IMG/VR virus record: IMGVR_UViG_3300044844_000428
DNA: 64,000 nucleotides
Source: a virus
Strand: one strand, 5' to 3'
Shown in pieces: positions 30,811 to 41,696 of this stretch; within the stretch, counting starts at the first letter, position 1, and each line of letters starts with the position of its first letter. Under the pieces are notes generated by a model. The model worked only from the letters and a program-made list of their open reading frames with translations, was not told the DNA's origin and did not search any database. A program made the translations under genes and the position numbers.

Positions 30811-31602
30811 TCATAGTTCTATAGTCTTAGGTTTATAGTTAATAGCAGTTTTTTCATATCCAATATAACCTCTTGGATTGCAGACAAGTCTGGTATCTCC
30901 AAGATAATGGTCAAATGGATCATGTGTATGTCCGGAAATCCATGCTTTGATTTGAGGATGTCCTAGTATAAAATAGTCTAAATTTGAATGGTATGCCAGG
31001 TTTCTTATATTGTTATCATTAACTGAACATGAATTTCCTTGGGAAAATCTTTCGCTAAGATTTTTAAAACTAGGAGAATGATGTGTGACCATGATGACTT
31101 TATGGAATGCTGGCACCATCTTGTTAAAGTATTCCATAGTATTGTAATGCAATTCTACCGATTTACCTGCAGTAAACAATTTACCATCATAGTCAATGCA
31201 TCTATAGTCATTCATCAACCTAGCAATGGTTTTCATTGCATAAGAATCATGATTAAAGTTTGTCCAAAGCGTGCCCCCAATAAAAGTAGTATCACCGATA
31301 GCAATACTACTATTGTCCAGGAGATGAATGTTCTTAAGTATATGGAACTTTTCTTTAAAAATTGTGGTCGCATTTAGAATATCACCATGATAGTGTTCGT
31401 GATTGCCCATAACATAGACAACATCATCATAATTATGTGATGCCATCTCGAAGAACTCTTTTATACTAGTATAAGACTCTTTTCCTAATTGCTCAAGTAC
31501 ACAAATATCACCGGCAAGAACGAGAACATCAGCACCATTCTCGTTCGCTGGTTCATAGAAACCAAATTCAAGATGGACATCACTCATGACGTCTATTTTC
31601 AC
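30811..31602 (-). CDS. Metallophosphoesterase
   Basis: SDVHLE, LAGDI, GNHEHY, GGTLWT, THHSP, GHTH, CNPRGY. Confidence 0.9.
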   Translation of the reverse strand: MKIDVMSDVHLEFGFYEPANENGADVLVLAGDICVLEQLGKESYTSIKEFFEMASHNYDDVVYVMGNHEHYHGDILNATTIFKEKFHILKNIHLLDNSSIAIGDTTFIGGTLWTNFNHDSYAMKTIARLMNDYRCIDYDGKLFTAGKSVELHYNTMEYFNKMVPAFHKVIMVTHHSPSFKNLSERFSQGNSCSVNDNNIRNLAYHSNLDYFILGHPQIKAWISGHTHDPFDHYLGDTRLVCNPRGYIGYEKTAINYKPKTIEL

Positions 31603-31840
31603 TATAATTCCTCTATTGTAGTAATGACTCGAAGATTACCAGCACGGATAACTTCACAGTCATCAAAGTCAATCCATCGACCTGCAGTGTGTTCGACTAA
31701 TTTATAACCTGAATTATCATCATCTTTAAGTACCCAAAATTCTTCATCAATTTTACCGGCATACCAATAAGTTCTCATGTTGGCTTTAAGGATTTTAACT
31801 CTAATGGCTGTCAATACTGTTTCACACATAATCTAATTCC

Positions 31841-32074
31841 TTATTCAATAATTGCGGCTATTTCATCTTCATGGATAACATATAACTCACCTGATACCCA
31901 TTTGGCTTTCTTCCAGTTAAGGATAAGAATATTGCCTAATTCTACTAAGGTAACATCGGCACCAAGATTCATTGCCTTTGCTCTAATATTATCATCAGAC
32001 TCTACACCTTGAATCAATCCAGTGTATTCTGGTTTCTGTTTTAACACTAATACGTTCTTACCAAGTACCTGCAT
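31841..32074 (-). CDS. GroES-like co-chaperonin
   Basis: MQVLGKNVLV start, C-terminal VIHEDEIAAII. Confidence 0.6.
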   Translation of the reverse strand: MQVLGKNVLVLKQKPEYTGLIQGVESDDNIRAKAMNLGADVTLVELGNILILNWKKAKWVSGELYVIHEDEIAAIIE

Positions 32075-32344
32075 TTTTATTTCCTTATTTATTGTAGTCA
32101 TTAAATGAACCAGTTAACAAGTTCATTCGGAATTCTTCGATCATCCAAAGAGCAGTTTTTGAATCAACTCCATTAGATACCGTCAATAGTAATCCATCTT
32201 TGGTATATGCTAACGTGAGAGCCAAATCTATTTCATCTCTAAGGTCAGCCATTTGTTCATAGTATTCGTCATCTAGTTGCTTTTGGAATTCAGCATCAGA
32301 TGGTTTTTCTTTGTCTTTTTTGCTTACCAATTGTATTAAATCGC

Positions 32345-32503
32345 TCATTTCAGTTCCTTAGCATTTTGTAGTTTACAATGACCAACACATTTTGATGCAG
32401 TTTTACCAAAAGCACAACACCAATCATTATACTTTATTAATCTTGAATCTTTAGGATGTCCTGCAATGTGATGGAATTTACATCCTTTGCAGTGACTAGT
32501 CAT
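32345..32503 (-). CDS. Small Cys-rich protein
   Basis: Below cutoff; MTSHCKGCKFHH...WCC...C.GHC. Confidence 0.5.
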   Translation of the reverse strand: MTSHCKGCKFHHIAGHPKDSRLIKYNDWCCAFGKTASKCVGHCKLQNAKELK

Positions 32504-32597
32504 GAGAACACCCTTTTAAGTTTGAAAACGATTTCAGTAAGGAATACCATAACTATAGTATATAGTATAGTCTTTTCTAATAATCTGATTATAAAGG

Positions 32598-32783
32598 TCA
32601 TAGCATTGATTCCGCTTTACGTTTTAGTTTAGCATCCCATCTTACCAAGTATTCTTCAAGTTTATCGGCATCCCAAACTCCATCTTTTGAAGGTGGGATA
32701 TAACCAGAATATTCCGCCATCTCAACCTGGACTTTTGAACAACCAAGTCTCTCCATTATCTCTTTTATTGATACGGTTTTCAT
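32598..32783 (-). CDS. Small HTH/excisionase-like protein
   Basis: SIKEIMERLGCSK...GYIPP...W. Confidence 0.45.
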   Translation of the reverse strand: MKTVSIKEIMERLGCSKVQVEMAEYSGYIPPSKDGVWDADKLEEYLVRWDAKLKRKAESML

Positions 32784-34725
32784 TGTACTCCTTGAACAGA
32801 TTAATTATGATTTCAGATGCCTGAATAGCATCCTCTTTATCTAAATACAGCAATCCATTTTTAAACATCCAATTATCAAATGCATCTTCAGACCAAGTAT
32901 AACCAGTATATCCATTAGGTCCCATATTTGGAAAGTAATATGGAGTTCCATGATAAGGTTTTTCAGTTTCAGGAAATCCAAATGGTCTAGTAAGTTCTTT
33001 TACTAAATTATCATCCCAATTGCGCCAACACATACCTTGCTCATTATAGTTATCGTAAGTTCTTTCTGTACAAGTAAGAGTGGTTCCTATAAAGTTATAA
33101 CCAGAACTAATGGTATAATCTGTTGCTACAATAGCAACCTTAGTACCACTGTCAGTTACGTAAGTTTTTCCAATTTCAATTTTCATAGTTTAGTATAGTT
33201 GTGTTTGCTGATTGAATTATGACAATGGACACCATTAATCCAAGTAGGATCTTTGTATAGTCCATCATTATGTTGTTTGTTTTGAACATCAATCAAATGA
33301 GCAACAGCATTTGCTTCTTTGATTTGAGTAAGCACTTGATTGAATTGCATATTATCCACCATTGTTTCTAAGTCTTGTCTGTACTTGATATTACTATTGA
33401 TAATGTAATTAATTACCGTTGGATTTATTTTCATTCTTGAGTTCCTTTCCTAAGTCATGTTCAACCAAACATTTATCTATTTCCATTCTAAATATTTCAT
33501 ACTTCAGTCGTTTTACTTCATCTTCAAGTCGGAACAATTGGTCGTATTTGACTTGTAAATTGCAGTACAATCTTGATTGTTCTTCTCTAAGTTTGTTAAT
33601 TATATCAGACATCGCATTTGGCTCTTAACATCATATTGACAAAGTACTTTCTAACTCGAGTATAATCAACCATCATCTCGATTATTAGAATGATAAAGAA
33701 TGCTGCAACAACAAAGAATCCAGAAGTTGCAATGTAGAAAAAGAATGGCAGTATAGAAACTGCTAATAGTACATCAATAAAATAGATAAAATTCTTTCCG
33801 TTCATTATTTTCTCTCCAATGAATCAACCATTCCCCAAGCTCCAATCATAATACCAACAAAAGAAATTGTAAGTTCTGTTGGCATATCAACTATTCCTTC
33901 TAGATTGACAGCAGAAAAAATAATAAACAAAGCAAGTATAAATCTTATTTGGCCTTTCACGTTATTCTCCGAGTTTGTTTTAATATCTATCATAATAATT
34001 CTCCAAATTCAAAATCGCCATAATCGTCAAGTGCTTCTAATAATCCATCAAAATCTTCTTCAGGACCAAATAAATCCGCAAGTTCAAGTACTATTCCAAG
34101 TTCAATGCCATAATCTTCTGACAAATGATTTAAATAATTATTTCTATTGGTATAACCATTTTCTTTATAAATGCTCATTTTAATTCTCCGCTGATGACAT
34201 GTATGAAATAATGTTTTTAACTTCATCAACAGGAATTCCTATTTCATACGTTATTTCTTTTATTGACATTCCGCCGAAGTACATATTAAGAACTAATTGT
34301 TCATAATCATGATTTTTCATTCTTACCATTTGTTCAGTTACTTCAGGTTGACTAAAAAATTTATCAAATTCCGCTTGAGGATCATACATTTTACCAGTTA
34401 CTTTATCTTGAACGACCATGGTAATCTCCTAAATTGTTTTATAATGGACAGGTCTTTCATATCTACCAGTAGTATTGCTACGATAGATTGATATTGACAA
34501 AAAGTTAATGATTATAGAAACACTTTCACCATAGTTGATGTTTAGATTTGTTGGCCAAAATTGTGTTAAACCTTCAGCTTCAAGTGCTTCATTAAGAGTT
34601 TCAAAATATGTAGGTTCTGTTTTCATGATATAAATCCTCTATTAGTTGGTATGAGTCTATTATATCATGGTTTCAGTAATAGTACACAAAAGAATGCAAA
34701 ATAATCAAATTATTTTCGGGGCAAT

Positions 34726-34751
34726 AAAAAGCCAGTACAGAGACTGGCTTT
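34726..34751 (-). terminator. Intrinsic terminator after RNA ligase
   Basis: aaaaagccagt-acagag-actggcttt. Confidence 0.8.
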
Positions 34752-34767
34752 ATCGTTACACCAAAAG

Positions 34768-35814
34768 TTACTTTTCGTTCAATAAGAACTTCTGAGAGAT
34801 TGCTTTGAATGAGAATTGACCATCAGTTCGTTTGAATACCAGACCTTCTCTAACTTTAGCATTAATCGATTCACCTTCAGCCATCTTCAATATGTCTTCA
34901 ATATTTCCATGCGGTAAAGGACCGACGTAATAAGTAGGAGCTTTGTCTCCTGTATAACCTAATTCTCGCAATTCATCAATACGGATCATTCTATCGGCAA
35001 AATCAAGATAGCATTGGTTATCAATGTCAAAAATATCGAAAATGAACAACTTATGATAATCAAATCCTTCTTTATTACCTTGAATACCAGGTCCCATTAA
35101 TTCACCTTGGACCGCAATATTCTCATTAAGTGCAATCAATGCTTTCAGTAATCCAGTCGACTTAGCAATCTCAACGAATGAATTGCCTTCTTGCTCAAGT
35201 TTCAAATCTAAATTTCTTGAACAGACACCTACCAAACCAGCATTATGATAAACTGTGCATGACGAGCCATCTAACTTCAAAGACACTTCAAAATGCCTTT
35301 GGTGGAAAAATTCATGGTCAATTTCTTCTACCAAATTCTGGCATCTTTCTTGGTCAGTCTTGCGGATAAATGCAGGAAAATTACCTTTCATCTGACCACG
35401 AAGATTTGCAGGAATAGGAGCTTCCCATTTCTGAACATTCAAAAAATCAGATACATCTATAGTTTCTGCTGAGTCTGGCAAATGACTATTATATTCAGTA
35501 GAGTCCAAAAGATTCATTGGTAATAGTAATCCTTGAGACACTTGACCTTTCAACTTGATAGTTCTTAATCGTTCACCTTTAACACCATTATACTCTTTAG
35601 GTTCTTTACCTTTAGATAAGAATGGAGCAATATCATGAGGAATCCAAGAATCGATTTCAGCATAGAGTACTAAATCACCTACATTATATTTTCCCACTTG
35701 GTCAACTACCCACCAACCTTTAACTCTGTATGCACAAATCAAATCAGCACCAGTAATGGATTTGATTTCAACTACTGGATTGATAGTAACCATTTTTCTA
35801 AATTCTACAGGCAT
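34768..35814 (-). CDS. RNA ligase, DRB0094/Rnl2 family
   Basis: N-terminal OB-like domain, KTDQER.QN, KLDGSS, QGELMGPGIQGN, FDI, REGLVFK, FKAIS; probable start MPVEF. Confidence 0.88.
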   Translation of the reverse strand: MPVEFRKMVTINPVVEIKSITGADLICAYRVKGWWVVDQVGKYNVGDLVLYAEIDSWIPHDIAPFLSKGKEPKEYNGVKGERLRTIKLKGQVSQGLLLPMNLLDSTEYNSHLPDSAETIDVSDFLNVQKWEAPIPANLRGQMKGNFPAFIRKTDQERCQNLVEEIDHEFFHQRHFEVSLKLDGSSCTVYHNAGLVGVCSRNLDLKLEQEGNSFVEIAKSTGLLKALIALNENIAVQGELMGPGIQGNKEGFDYHKLFIFDIFDIDNQCYLDFADRMIRIDELRELGYTGDKAPTYYVGPLPHGNIEDILKMAEGESINAKVREGLVFKRTDGQFSFKAISQKFLLNEK

Positions 35815-36287
35815 ATAAGTTCTCCTCAAATATCAACTAAAATTTTAACTTCGTCCCAACCAATCCATTCCCAATCCGGTTTAACAATGATTTTGTATCT
35901 TGTAGAAGTACCTTGTTCTATACATTTCTGGTTTAGATTATCCACAAGTACCAAAGCATTGCAAAGTGACTTTGCAGATTCAACACCTTTCTTTGTGTTG
36001 GTATTAACAATAAGATATTCATCTAATTTTTCAAATTGCGCCATAATAACCTCATAAAGTATTGACAATATCATTATATCATATAATACAGTCTTGTAAA
36101 CATTAATGCAGAGTTTGTCCATTTCTCATAACAGCACAGACACCGGCAAGGTATTGTTTTAATGTCTCATTAGCAATCATATCTGCAAAAGTTTCTAATG
36201 GGATTTTCAAGTCCTCATCCGATGTGATAACACCATCATTACTAACTTTAAATCCAGCTCTTTCAGCATATTCATATAACCAATACA

Positions 36288-36464
36288 TTATCTACTCCAA
36301 TTATCATTCCAACGATGACTATGTTGGTACTCGTGCCAATGGTTATTATGATTGGGATACAATACAACAGTGCCTGGATAATAACTATATCCGCGATAAG
36401 AAGTGGGATATACTGCACATCCAGTAAGTAAGCAGCAAACAAACGTAAAGTATAAATTCTTCAT
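36288..36464 (-). CDS. Small lipoprotein
   Basis: Below cutoff; MKNLYFTFVCCLLTGC lipobox, Y/H-rich tail. Confidence 0.55.
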   Translation of the reverse strand: MKNLYFTFVCCLLTGCAVYPTSYRGYSYYPGTVVLYPNHNNHWHEYQHSHRWNDNWSR

Positions 36465-36477
36465 GTTTCATAAATCC

Positions 36478-36951
36478 TCAGCGTGAATAGTAGTTTACAG
36501 TAAAGTCATCAAATTCTCTAATATTGTACTTTTCAAATTCTGACGGAACATAAAAAGTAATATCACCTTTGACTTCTAACTTCATTCTTGATACAATAGC
36601 AATCCTACAATAAGCTATAAGAGCAAGATATATCTCACCTCCACCACAAATCATAAAACTTACTGTTGGATTACATTGAGCATAAGTCAAGAAATTATCA
36701 ATTGTCATGGTAGTAAATCCTGCTAATTTATAATTAGGATCTCTACTTAATACAATACAGTCACGCCCAGGTAATTTGCCAGTAGTTTCAGCAGTAATCC
36801 TACCCATAACTATAGTAGAACCCATTGTCGTATTTTTGAAGTGTTTAAGTTCTTCTCTGCAATGCCAAAGCATACCAGGAGTGTATGAGTCTCCAATAAC
36901 ACCGAATTTTGCTACTGCGGCAATTAAATATAAATTATCAAATGGCTTCAC
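36478..36951 (-). CDS. frd: Dihydrofolate reductase
   Basis: GVIG, W...EELKHFK.TT, MGR.T, LPGR, GGGEIY. Confidence 0.9.
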   Translation of the reverse strand: MKPFDNLYLIAAVAKFGVIGDSYTPGMLWHCREELKHFKNTTMGSTIVMGRITAETTGKLPGRDCIVLSRDPNYKLAGFTTMTIDNFLTYAQCNPTVSFMICGGGEIYLALIAYCRIAIVSRMKLEVKGDITFYVPSEFEKYNIREFDDFTVNYYSR

Positions 36952-37937
36952 ACTGCAACCTCAGCTTTAATAGATCCAAGTGACCTGTAATCTTTAATTG
37001 TATAACTATATTCATTAATCTCATCAATAGAATTATAATGGTCATTGAATACCAACGTAGGTAATGCATATTCTGCAAGATTCCGCGATAGTAGTTCTTT
37101 TGTTTGGTTGATATGATTCTTATATAGATGAACATCACCAAATGAGATAATCAAATTCTCTGGTAACATATTTGTCAAATTGCCGAGTATTTCAGTGAAC
37201 AACGCATAACTAGCAATATTGTAGGGAACGCCTAAAAATATATCAGCACTTCTTTGGTATAAATGACAAGATAATCCATACTTAGGAACACCAACATTGT
37301 TCATTAGATTCTCATAGTCCCTATCATAACCAAGTCCAAAATGAGTACCAAAATATTTCTGGACATACAGAACTGCACGCTCGTTGAAAGACAATTGTCT
37401 GACACCAAACTGTACAAAAGCATGACAAGGCGCCAAAGCCATCTTACCTGATTCTACATTTTCCTGAGGCGTCAATTCTTCGCTTGGCAAATCAGCAACA
37501 TTCCATGCTGATATGATATGACGACGACTAAATGGTCTTTCTTTAAGACCACGGATAAGATTTTCAATTTGATCAATACCATCCATAGATTCTGTTGGCA
37601 TATTTGGAATAGGAACCGCACCCCAGTTACGCCACTGTTTACCGTAGATTGGACCTAAGTCACCCGATGGGGTTGACCATTCTTCCCAAATGGTTGGTTT
37701 ATCATTGCCATTCAATTTTCTTAAATCTTCATTATTTGTATACCCATTCAAGAACCACAATAGTTCGTTTGAGATTGTCTTGAATGAAGTAAACTTGCCA
37801 GTGAGCAATGGAAATCCAGATTGAAGATTGAATTTAAGTTGCTCACCGAAAAGTGAAAGAGTGCCAACTCCTGTCCTATCATTAGTTGGATTACCAGTTT
37901 CCATGATTTTCTGAAGAAGATCGTAATATTGTTTCAT
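36948..37937 (-). CDS. td: Thymidylate synthase
   Basis: DRTGVGT, LGPIYG.QWR, ALAPCH, YQRSADIFLGVPYNIASY (Asn = dUMP specificity). Confidence 0.95.
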   Translation of the reverse strand: MKQYYDLLQKIMETGNPTNDRTGVGTLSLFGEQLKFNLQSGFPLLTGKFTSFKTISNELLWFLNGYTNNEDLRKLNGNDKPTIWEEWSTPSGDLGPIYGKQWRNWGAVPIPNMPTESMDGIDQIENLIRGLKERPFSRRHIISAWNVADLPSEELTPQENVESGKMALAPCHAFVQFGVRQLSFNERAVLYVQKYFGTHFGLGYDRDYENLMNNVGVPKYGLSCHLYQRSADIFLGVPYNIASYALFTEILGNLTNMLPENLIISFGDVHLYKNHINQTKELLSRNLAEYALPTLVFNDHYNSIDEINEYSYTIKDYRSLGSIKAEVAV

Positions 37938-38124
37938 AGATGCTTTACCTGTGCAAAATCTAAAAGTATTTTTACTTTTTCTACTGGAATAATCAAATCA
38001 CCATAATCGTCAGTAGTTCCTGATGCTATTGCTTTAACAATTAGTTCCAAGTCTATGTATCTCACCCAATAACCATCATCTGATTCTTCCATCAAATGGA
38101 TACCAGCATTAAGTTTAAATCTTC

Positions 38125-38376
38125 TCATACTCCCTCGCCATATAGTTTTTTAATTTCATCGTACCGTGATAATGGCCATACAGTTTCGAACTCGTCATTA
38201 TCTGTTTTGTTAAGACAAAATTTAAGCACCTCAGCATAATATTTACCTGCGCGTTCTTCTGGCACTTGTTCAGCAACTTCAATTGCCAATTCTGCATTAG
38301 TAAAAACTCCAACCACGTAAGAATGTCTTTCACGGTCACCGAATCTATAAGCTGTTACGACATATACATTAGCCAT
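38125..38376 (-). CDS. Hypothetical protein (paralog of 15085-15294)
   Basis: GDRERHSYVVGVF. Confidence 0.65.
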   Translation of the reverse strand: MANVYVVTAYRFGDRERHSYVVGVFTNAELAIEVAEQVPEERAGKYYAEVLKFCLNKTDNDEFETVWPLSRYDEIKKLYGEGV

Positions 38377-39129
38377 TAGTATTCTCCAAGTTTAAGTTCA
38401 TTAGAAATATTATCAAACCAACAAGTATCACTACCATGAGGATCTAACTTCTCTGGTATGAACAAATGTTCCCATCTTCTAGATTCATTGGACGTAACTT
38501 TAACTTGTGCATCCTGAGGAAGAGTTTGTAGATACGTCATGAATTCAGCTACAGTAGTCATTATTTTACTCCAAAATGGTTTCTAATTCTTTTTGCGCAT
38601 TCATCCACAACAAATCCATCCACTGGACCATAGTGTTCAGTTCCTGTTACAGACGAGCATTGACTGATACATTCTTGTATAATCAATTCAGCAAACTTTT
38701 CAACGTCCCGAGTCAAGTTAGAAGTATTCCATCCATCATCATCAAGTAGTTTAACTTGGTAAGCAAGTTCTTTAATTTTATCTTTCATAATTTGGTTCCA
38801 ATGGCTCTTTCAGCTTCAAGTTGGTTCAATTTAAAATTTTCGAGTATTTCAGCAAGAGTCTGTTCTAATACATTCATTTTATTCTCCTAGCAATCATTAG
38901 AACATTTACGGATTTCTTCGAGTGTATAGACTCCGCCATTGACGATAACCATCAAGCCAATTTTAGTATTAAATACCTTGAAATATGAATGCTTAGTTGA
39001 TTGATAGATGATTCCACTGGTAAGTACGGCGCCAATGAGTAATCCATATATTGCAAATAGGATATTGGTTTTGAAAGCAGGATTTGCTTTGGTGATTTTT
39101 GATAGCATGATTAAGTTCCTCGTCAAGTT

Positions 39130-39168
39130 AAGATGGTACTATTATATCATATAGTACCATCTTGTACA
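39130..39168 (-). promoter_or_regulatory. Early promoter with 13-bp stem-loop
   Basis: aagatggtactat-tatatcat-atagtaccatctt then gtaca. Confidence 0.75.
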
Positions 39169-39229
39169 TTATTATTTTAGTATAAATACAATAATGGAAC
39201 TGCATAGGGATATGCATGGACAAGGATGT

Positions 39230-39676
39230 TCAAACTAAATCTACGAATAACCCAACTTCTTCAAACATAGCTTTTGATTTAAGCCAAGAGTCATACCAAT
39301 TAGGTTTAGACATTAGACATTCTTTACTTACGTAAATCTCACTAATTCCAACTTGAATAATTCCCTTGGCGCATTCAAGACATACTGGAAGTCCATACAC
39401 ATATATTGCTGCTCCATCTAATGATGTTCCTGTATATGAAGCATTATAGATTAGATTCTTTTCAGCATGTACAATATAGTCATACTTAATTTCACGATTT
39501 TCTAATCTCTCAATAGTATCAGATATTCCTCTTGGAAAACCATTGAACCCAGTAGCTAAGATTTGTTTTTTGCTTCCTACTGCAACTGCACCGACTTTAG
39601 TACTGGGGTCTTTGGACCATAAGGACACAGCTTTCGCCATGTCCATGAATCTATTATTCCATTTGTTTTCCATCAT
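39230..39676 (-). CDS. cd: dCMP deaminase
   Basis: SKDPSTKVGA, GFNGFPRG, HAE, PVCLEC. Confidence 0.92.
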   Translation of the reverse strand: MMENKWNNRFMDMAKAVSLWSKDPSTKVGAVAVGSKKQILATGFNGFPRGISDTIERLENREIKYDYIVHAEKNLIYNASYTGTSLDGAAIYVYGLPVCLECAKGIIQVGISEIYVSKECLMSKPNWYDSWLKSKAMFEEVGLFVDLV

Positions 39677-40026
39677 TATCTGCGTTCGTAAATATACACA
39701 TCAGATCTTTCAGAGTGCTGAATTTTGATGTTATAGAACCATGTTGGTTGGTTATAATAGTAAGGAGCTGCGGGATTATCATGGCCTAGTCTACCACGAA
39801 GAACTACTCTTTGTTTGACTTTACGAAGATGGTTTGTTTCATTAATATATTGGCGTAACTGTTCAACAAATACTCGGTCAACTGGGTTGGTCATTTTGAC
39901 AGTGGTAACATAATTTTTAGAAGATCTTGGTTTGCTGCTCATAATATAAAATTCCTGTGTTAATTTATGATTACCATTATTAGTAACCTGAAGCTATTAT
40001 ATCACACCGATTATAAAAGTACACTA

Positions 40027-40695
40027 TTATTTTATCAAATGGAAATGTTTTTCATAAACATGAAGCGATGTTGCATTCCAGATAATATCACCGATTTCGC
40101 ATTGTACTCCACTCTCATTAAGACATTCATGCAATTCAGTATGGACGTGCTGTTGCCAATATAAGTCATTTTTATATCCAAAAATTGCATCATTTGACCT
40201 CATTTGTACGAATGCGTGAAGTTTATTATTTCTAATAAGATATTGAACTGTATTGGTGCAAATAAAATCAGACATTCCCATGGTTTCAAATTCGGCCCAA
40301 ATAGAAGGCCGGGTATAAATCATTATTGCTCTTCTAGAGAATCTATTTCTTACTAATTCTTGAAGTACGTTCTGGAATTGATAATGGTTTTCTCTTGAAT
40401 AAACACACCAACCATAATTAGAATTTATCATTCCATTTGCATCGGCAACCTGTTTCCACACTGCTGGAGTTTCACCTGGAATGTCATTAACGTTAAGAGA
40501 CATAGATTTGTACCATTCTATTTCTCTTTTAGCATAGTCTTCATTAAGAGTTCCAAAGATAGCAGGTTCACTAGCAATAAATGATGTTCCGACAATTTCA
40601 ACCATTTTGCAACCGGTCTTGTCTATTACAAATTCGTCATTTTCCAATAGTGACTTAAATTCATTTCTAATATCTTTTACGGAGTATTGTTCCAT
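40027..40695 (-). CDS. 42: dCMP hydroxymethylase-like enzyme (T4 gp42 family)
   Basis: NSNYG, DFICT, MRSNDAIFGYKNDLYWQ (T4 gp42: MRSNDVVFGFRNDYAWQ), SLHVYEKHF. Confidence 0.85.
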   Translation of the reverse strand: MEQYSVKDIRNEFKSLLENDEFVIDKTGCKMVEIVGTSFIASEPAIFGTLNEDYAKREIEWYKSMSLNVNDIPGETPAVWKQVADANGMINSNYGWCVYSRENHYQFQNVLQELVRNRFSRRAIMIYTRPSIWAEFETMGMSDFICTNTVQYLIRNNKLHAFVQMRSNDAIFGYKNDLYWQQHVHTELHECLNESGVQCEIGDIIWNATSLHVYEKHFHLIK

Positions 40696-41108
40696 TATTT
40701 GTTCACTCCAATAATATTGCCAACGGGTTGTGTTCTGAATTTAGTAGGAATTAAGGCACGATTTTGTTGACCCGTCTTATTGAAAATATCTCTATCAGGT
40801 TGTTGACCATCGATTTCACCTCTCATGTATGAAACTAAGAATGATAAGTAATTGATTCCATCGATAGCAGAATCCTCTATAGATTCAAAATTGACAGATC
40901 CACCCGCTTCCATTGTTTCAATAACAGAAAACATTCGTAAGACTTTAGCATTAATAGTATCTAAAATACTATTGATTCCGTGAGGATAGTAATCTGCCTG
41001 CCTTACTCTTGATGCAGAATTCTGGTAATCATTACCTTTCTTAATTTGAAGAGCAATTGCTTCTTCTAATACTTCAACAGATTTACGTTTTGCTTCAGTC
41101 ATATTCAC
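40695..41108 (-). CDS. Nucleotide-modification-associated all-alpha protein (Nmad1/DUF1599-like)
   Basis: KKGNDY, K..R, ESIEDS.ID.INY pattern; translationally coupled to gp42-like gene. Confidence 0.6.
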   Translation of the reverse strand: MNMTEAKRKSVEVLEEAIALQIKKGNDYQNSASRVRQADYYPHGINSILDTINAKVLRMFSVIETMEAGGSVNFESIEDSAIDGINYLSFLVSYMRGEIDGQQPDRDIFNKTGQQNRALIPTKFRTQPVGNIIGVNK

Positions 41109-41647
41109 TCCAGGGTTTTAATAATAATATTGTCATTATTGAATCGATGGTCATAATACCATCCTTCATTAAATTTTGATTGCTTGAAATTATCTGAGAA
41201 TTTCTTTGCATTAATAATCATGTAAAAATCTATTAAGTAAGAATCAACATTAGTTGCCATTGTAGCAGTTACCAAATAGTCTAGTGTTTGACAGTGCTTA
41301 AGAAATGTATTAATATTAGACTTTTGATATGTAAAATAGGAATTGTTAAAAGCATGTTTTTTTACTTCAAATTTCAAATCGTCCTTAATAACATCATATT
41401 TGTAAGACTCAGGATTAGTCTTATCGAATTTTAAAGGATTGCGTTGTCCATCAATAACATTAGCAAGAGCATACTCGATAGCAGTATACGCGCAGTGTTC
41501 ATACACTTGTTCAAATGATCTTTCCTTTCTCATGAAAGGTTTTTCAAAAATACTAGAAGCCATCAAATGGACATCATTATGAATAGTATCTTTGTTAATC
41601 TCAACTGTTCCAGCATCTTTTAGCATTAATGCTATTTTTCTAATCAT
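41105..41647 (-). CDS. Hypothetical protein, possible PD-(D/E)xK nuclease
   Basis: E...(Y)DVI....FEVK pattern. Confidence 0.4.
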   Translation of the reverse strand: MIRKIALMLKDAGTVEINKDTIHNDVHLMASSIFEKPFMRKERSFEQVYEHCAYTAIEYALANVIDGQRNPLKFDKTNPESYKYDVIKDDLKFEVKKHAFNNSYFTYQKSNINTFLKHCQTLDYLVTATMATNVDSYLIDFYMIINAKKFSDNFKQSKFNEGWYYDHRFNNDNIIIKTLE

Positions 41648-41696
41648 ATAATTCTCATAAATTAATATTATAACTTAATTTCTATATTTGTACACA

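Noticed and set aside
40027-40695. Redundant second thymidylate synthase
   Set aside because: Asp at the specificity position and gp42-type motifs indicate a dCMP-acting enzyme
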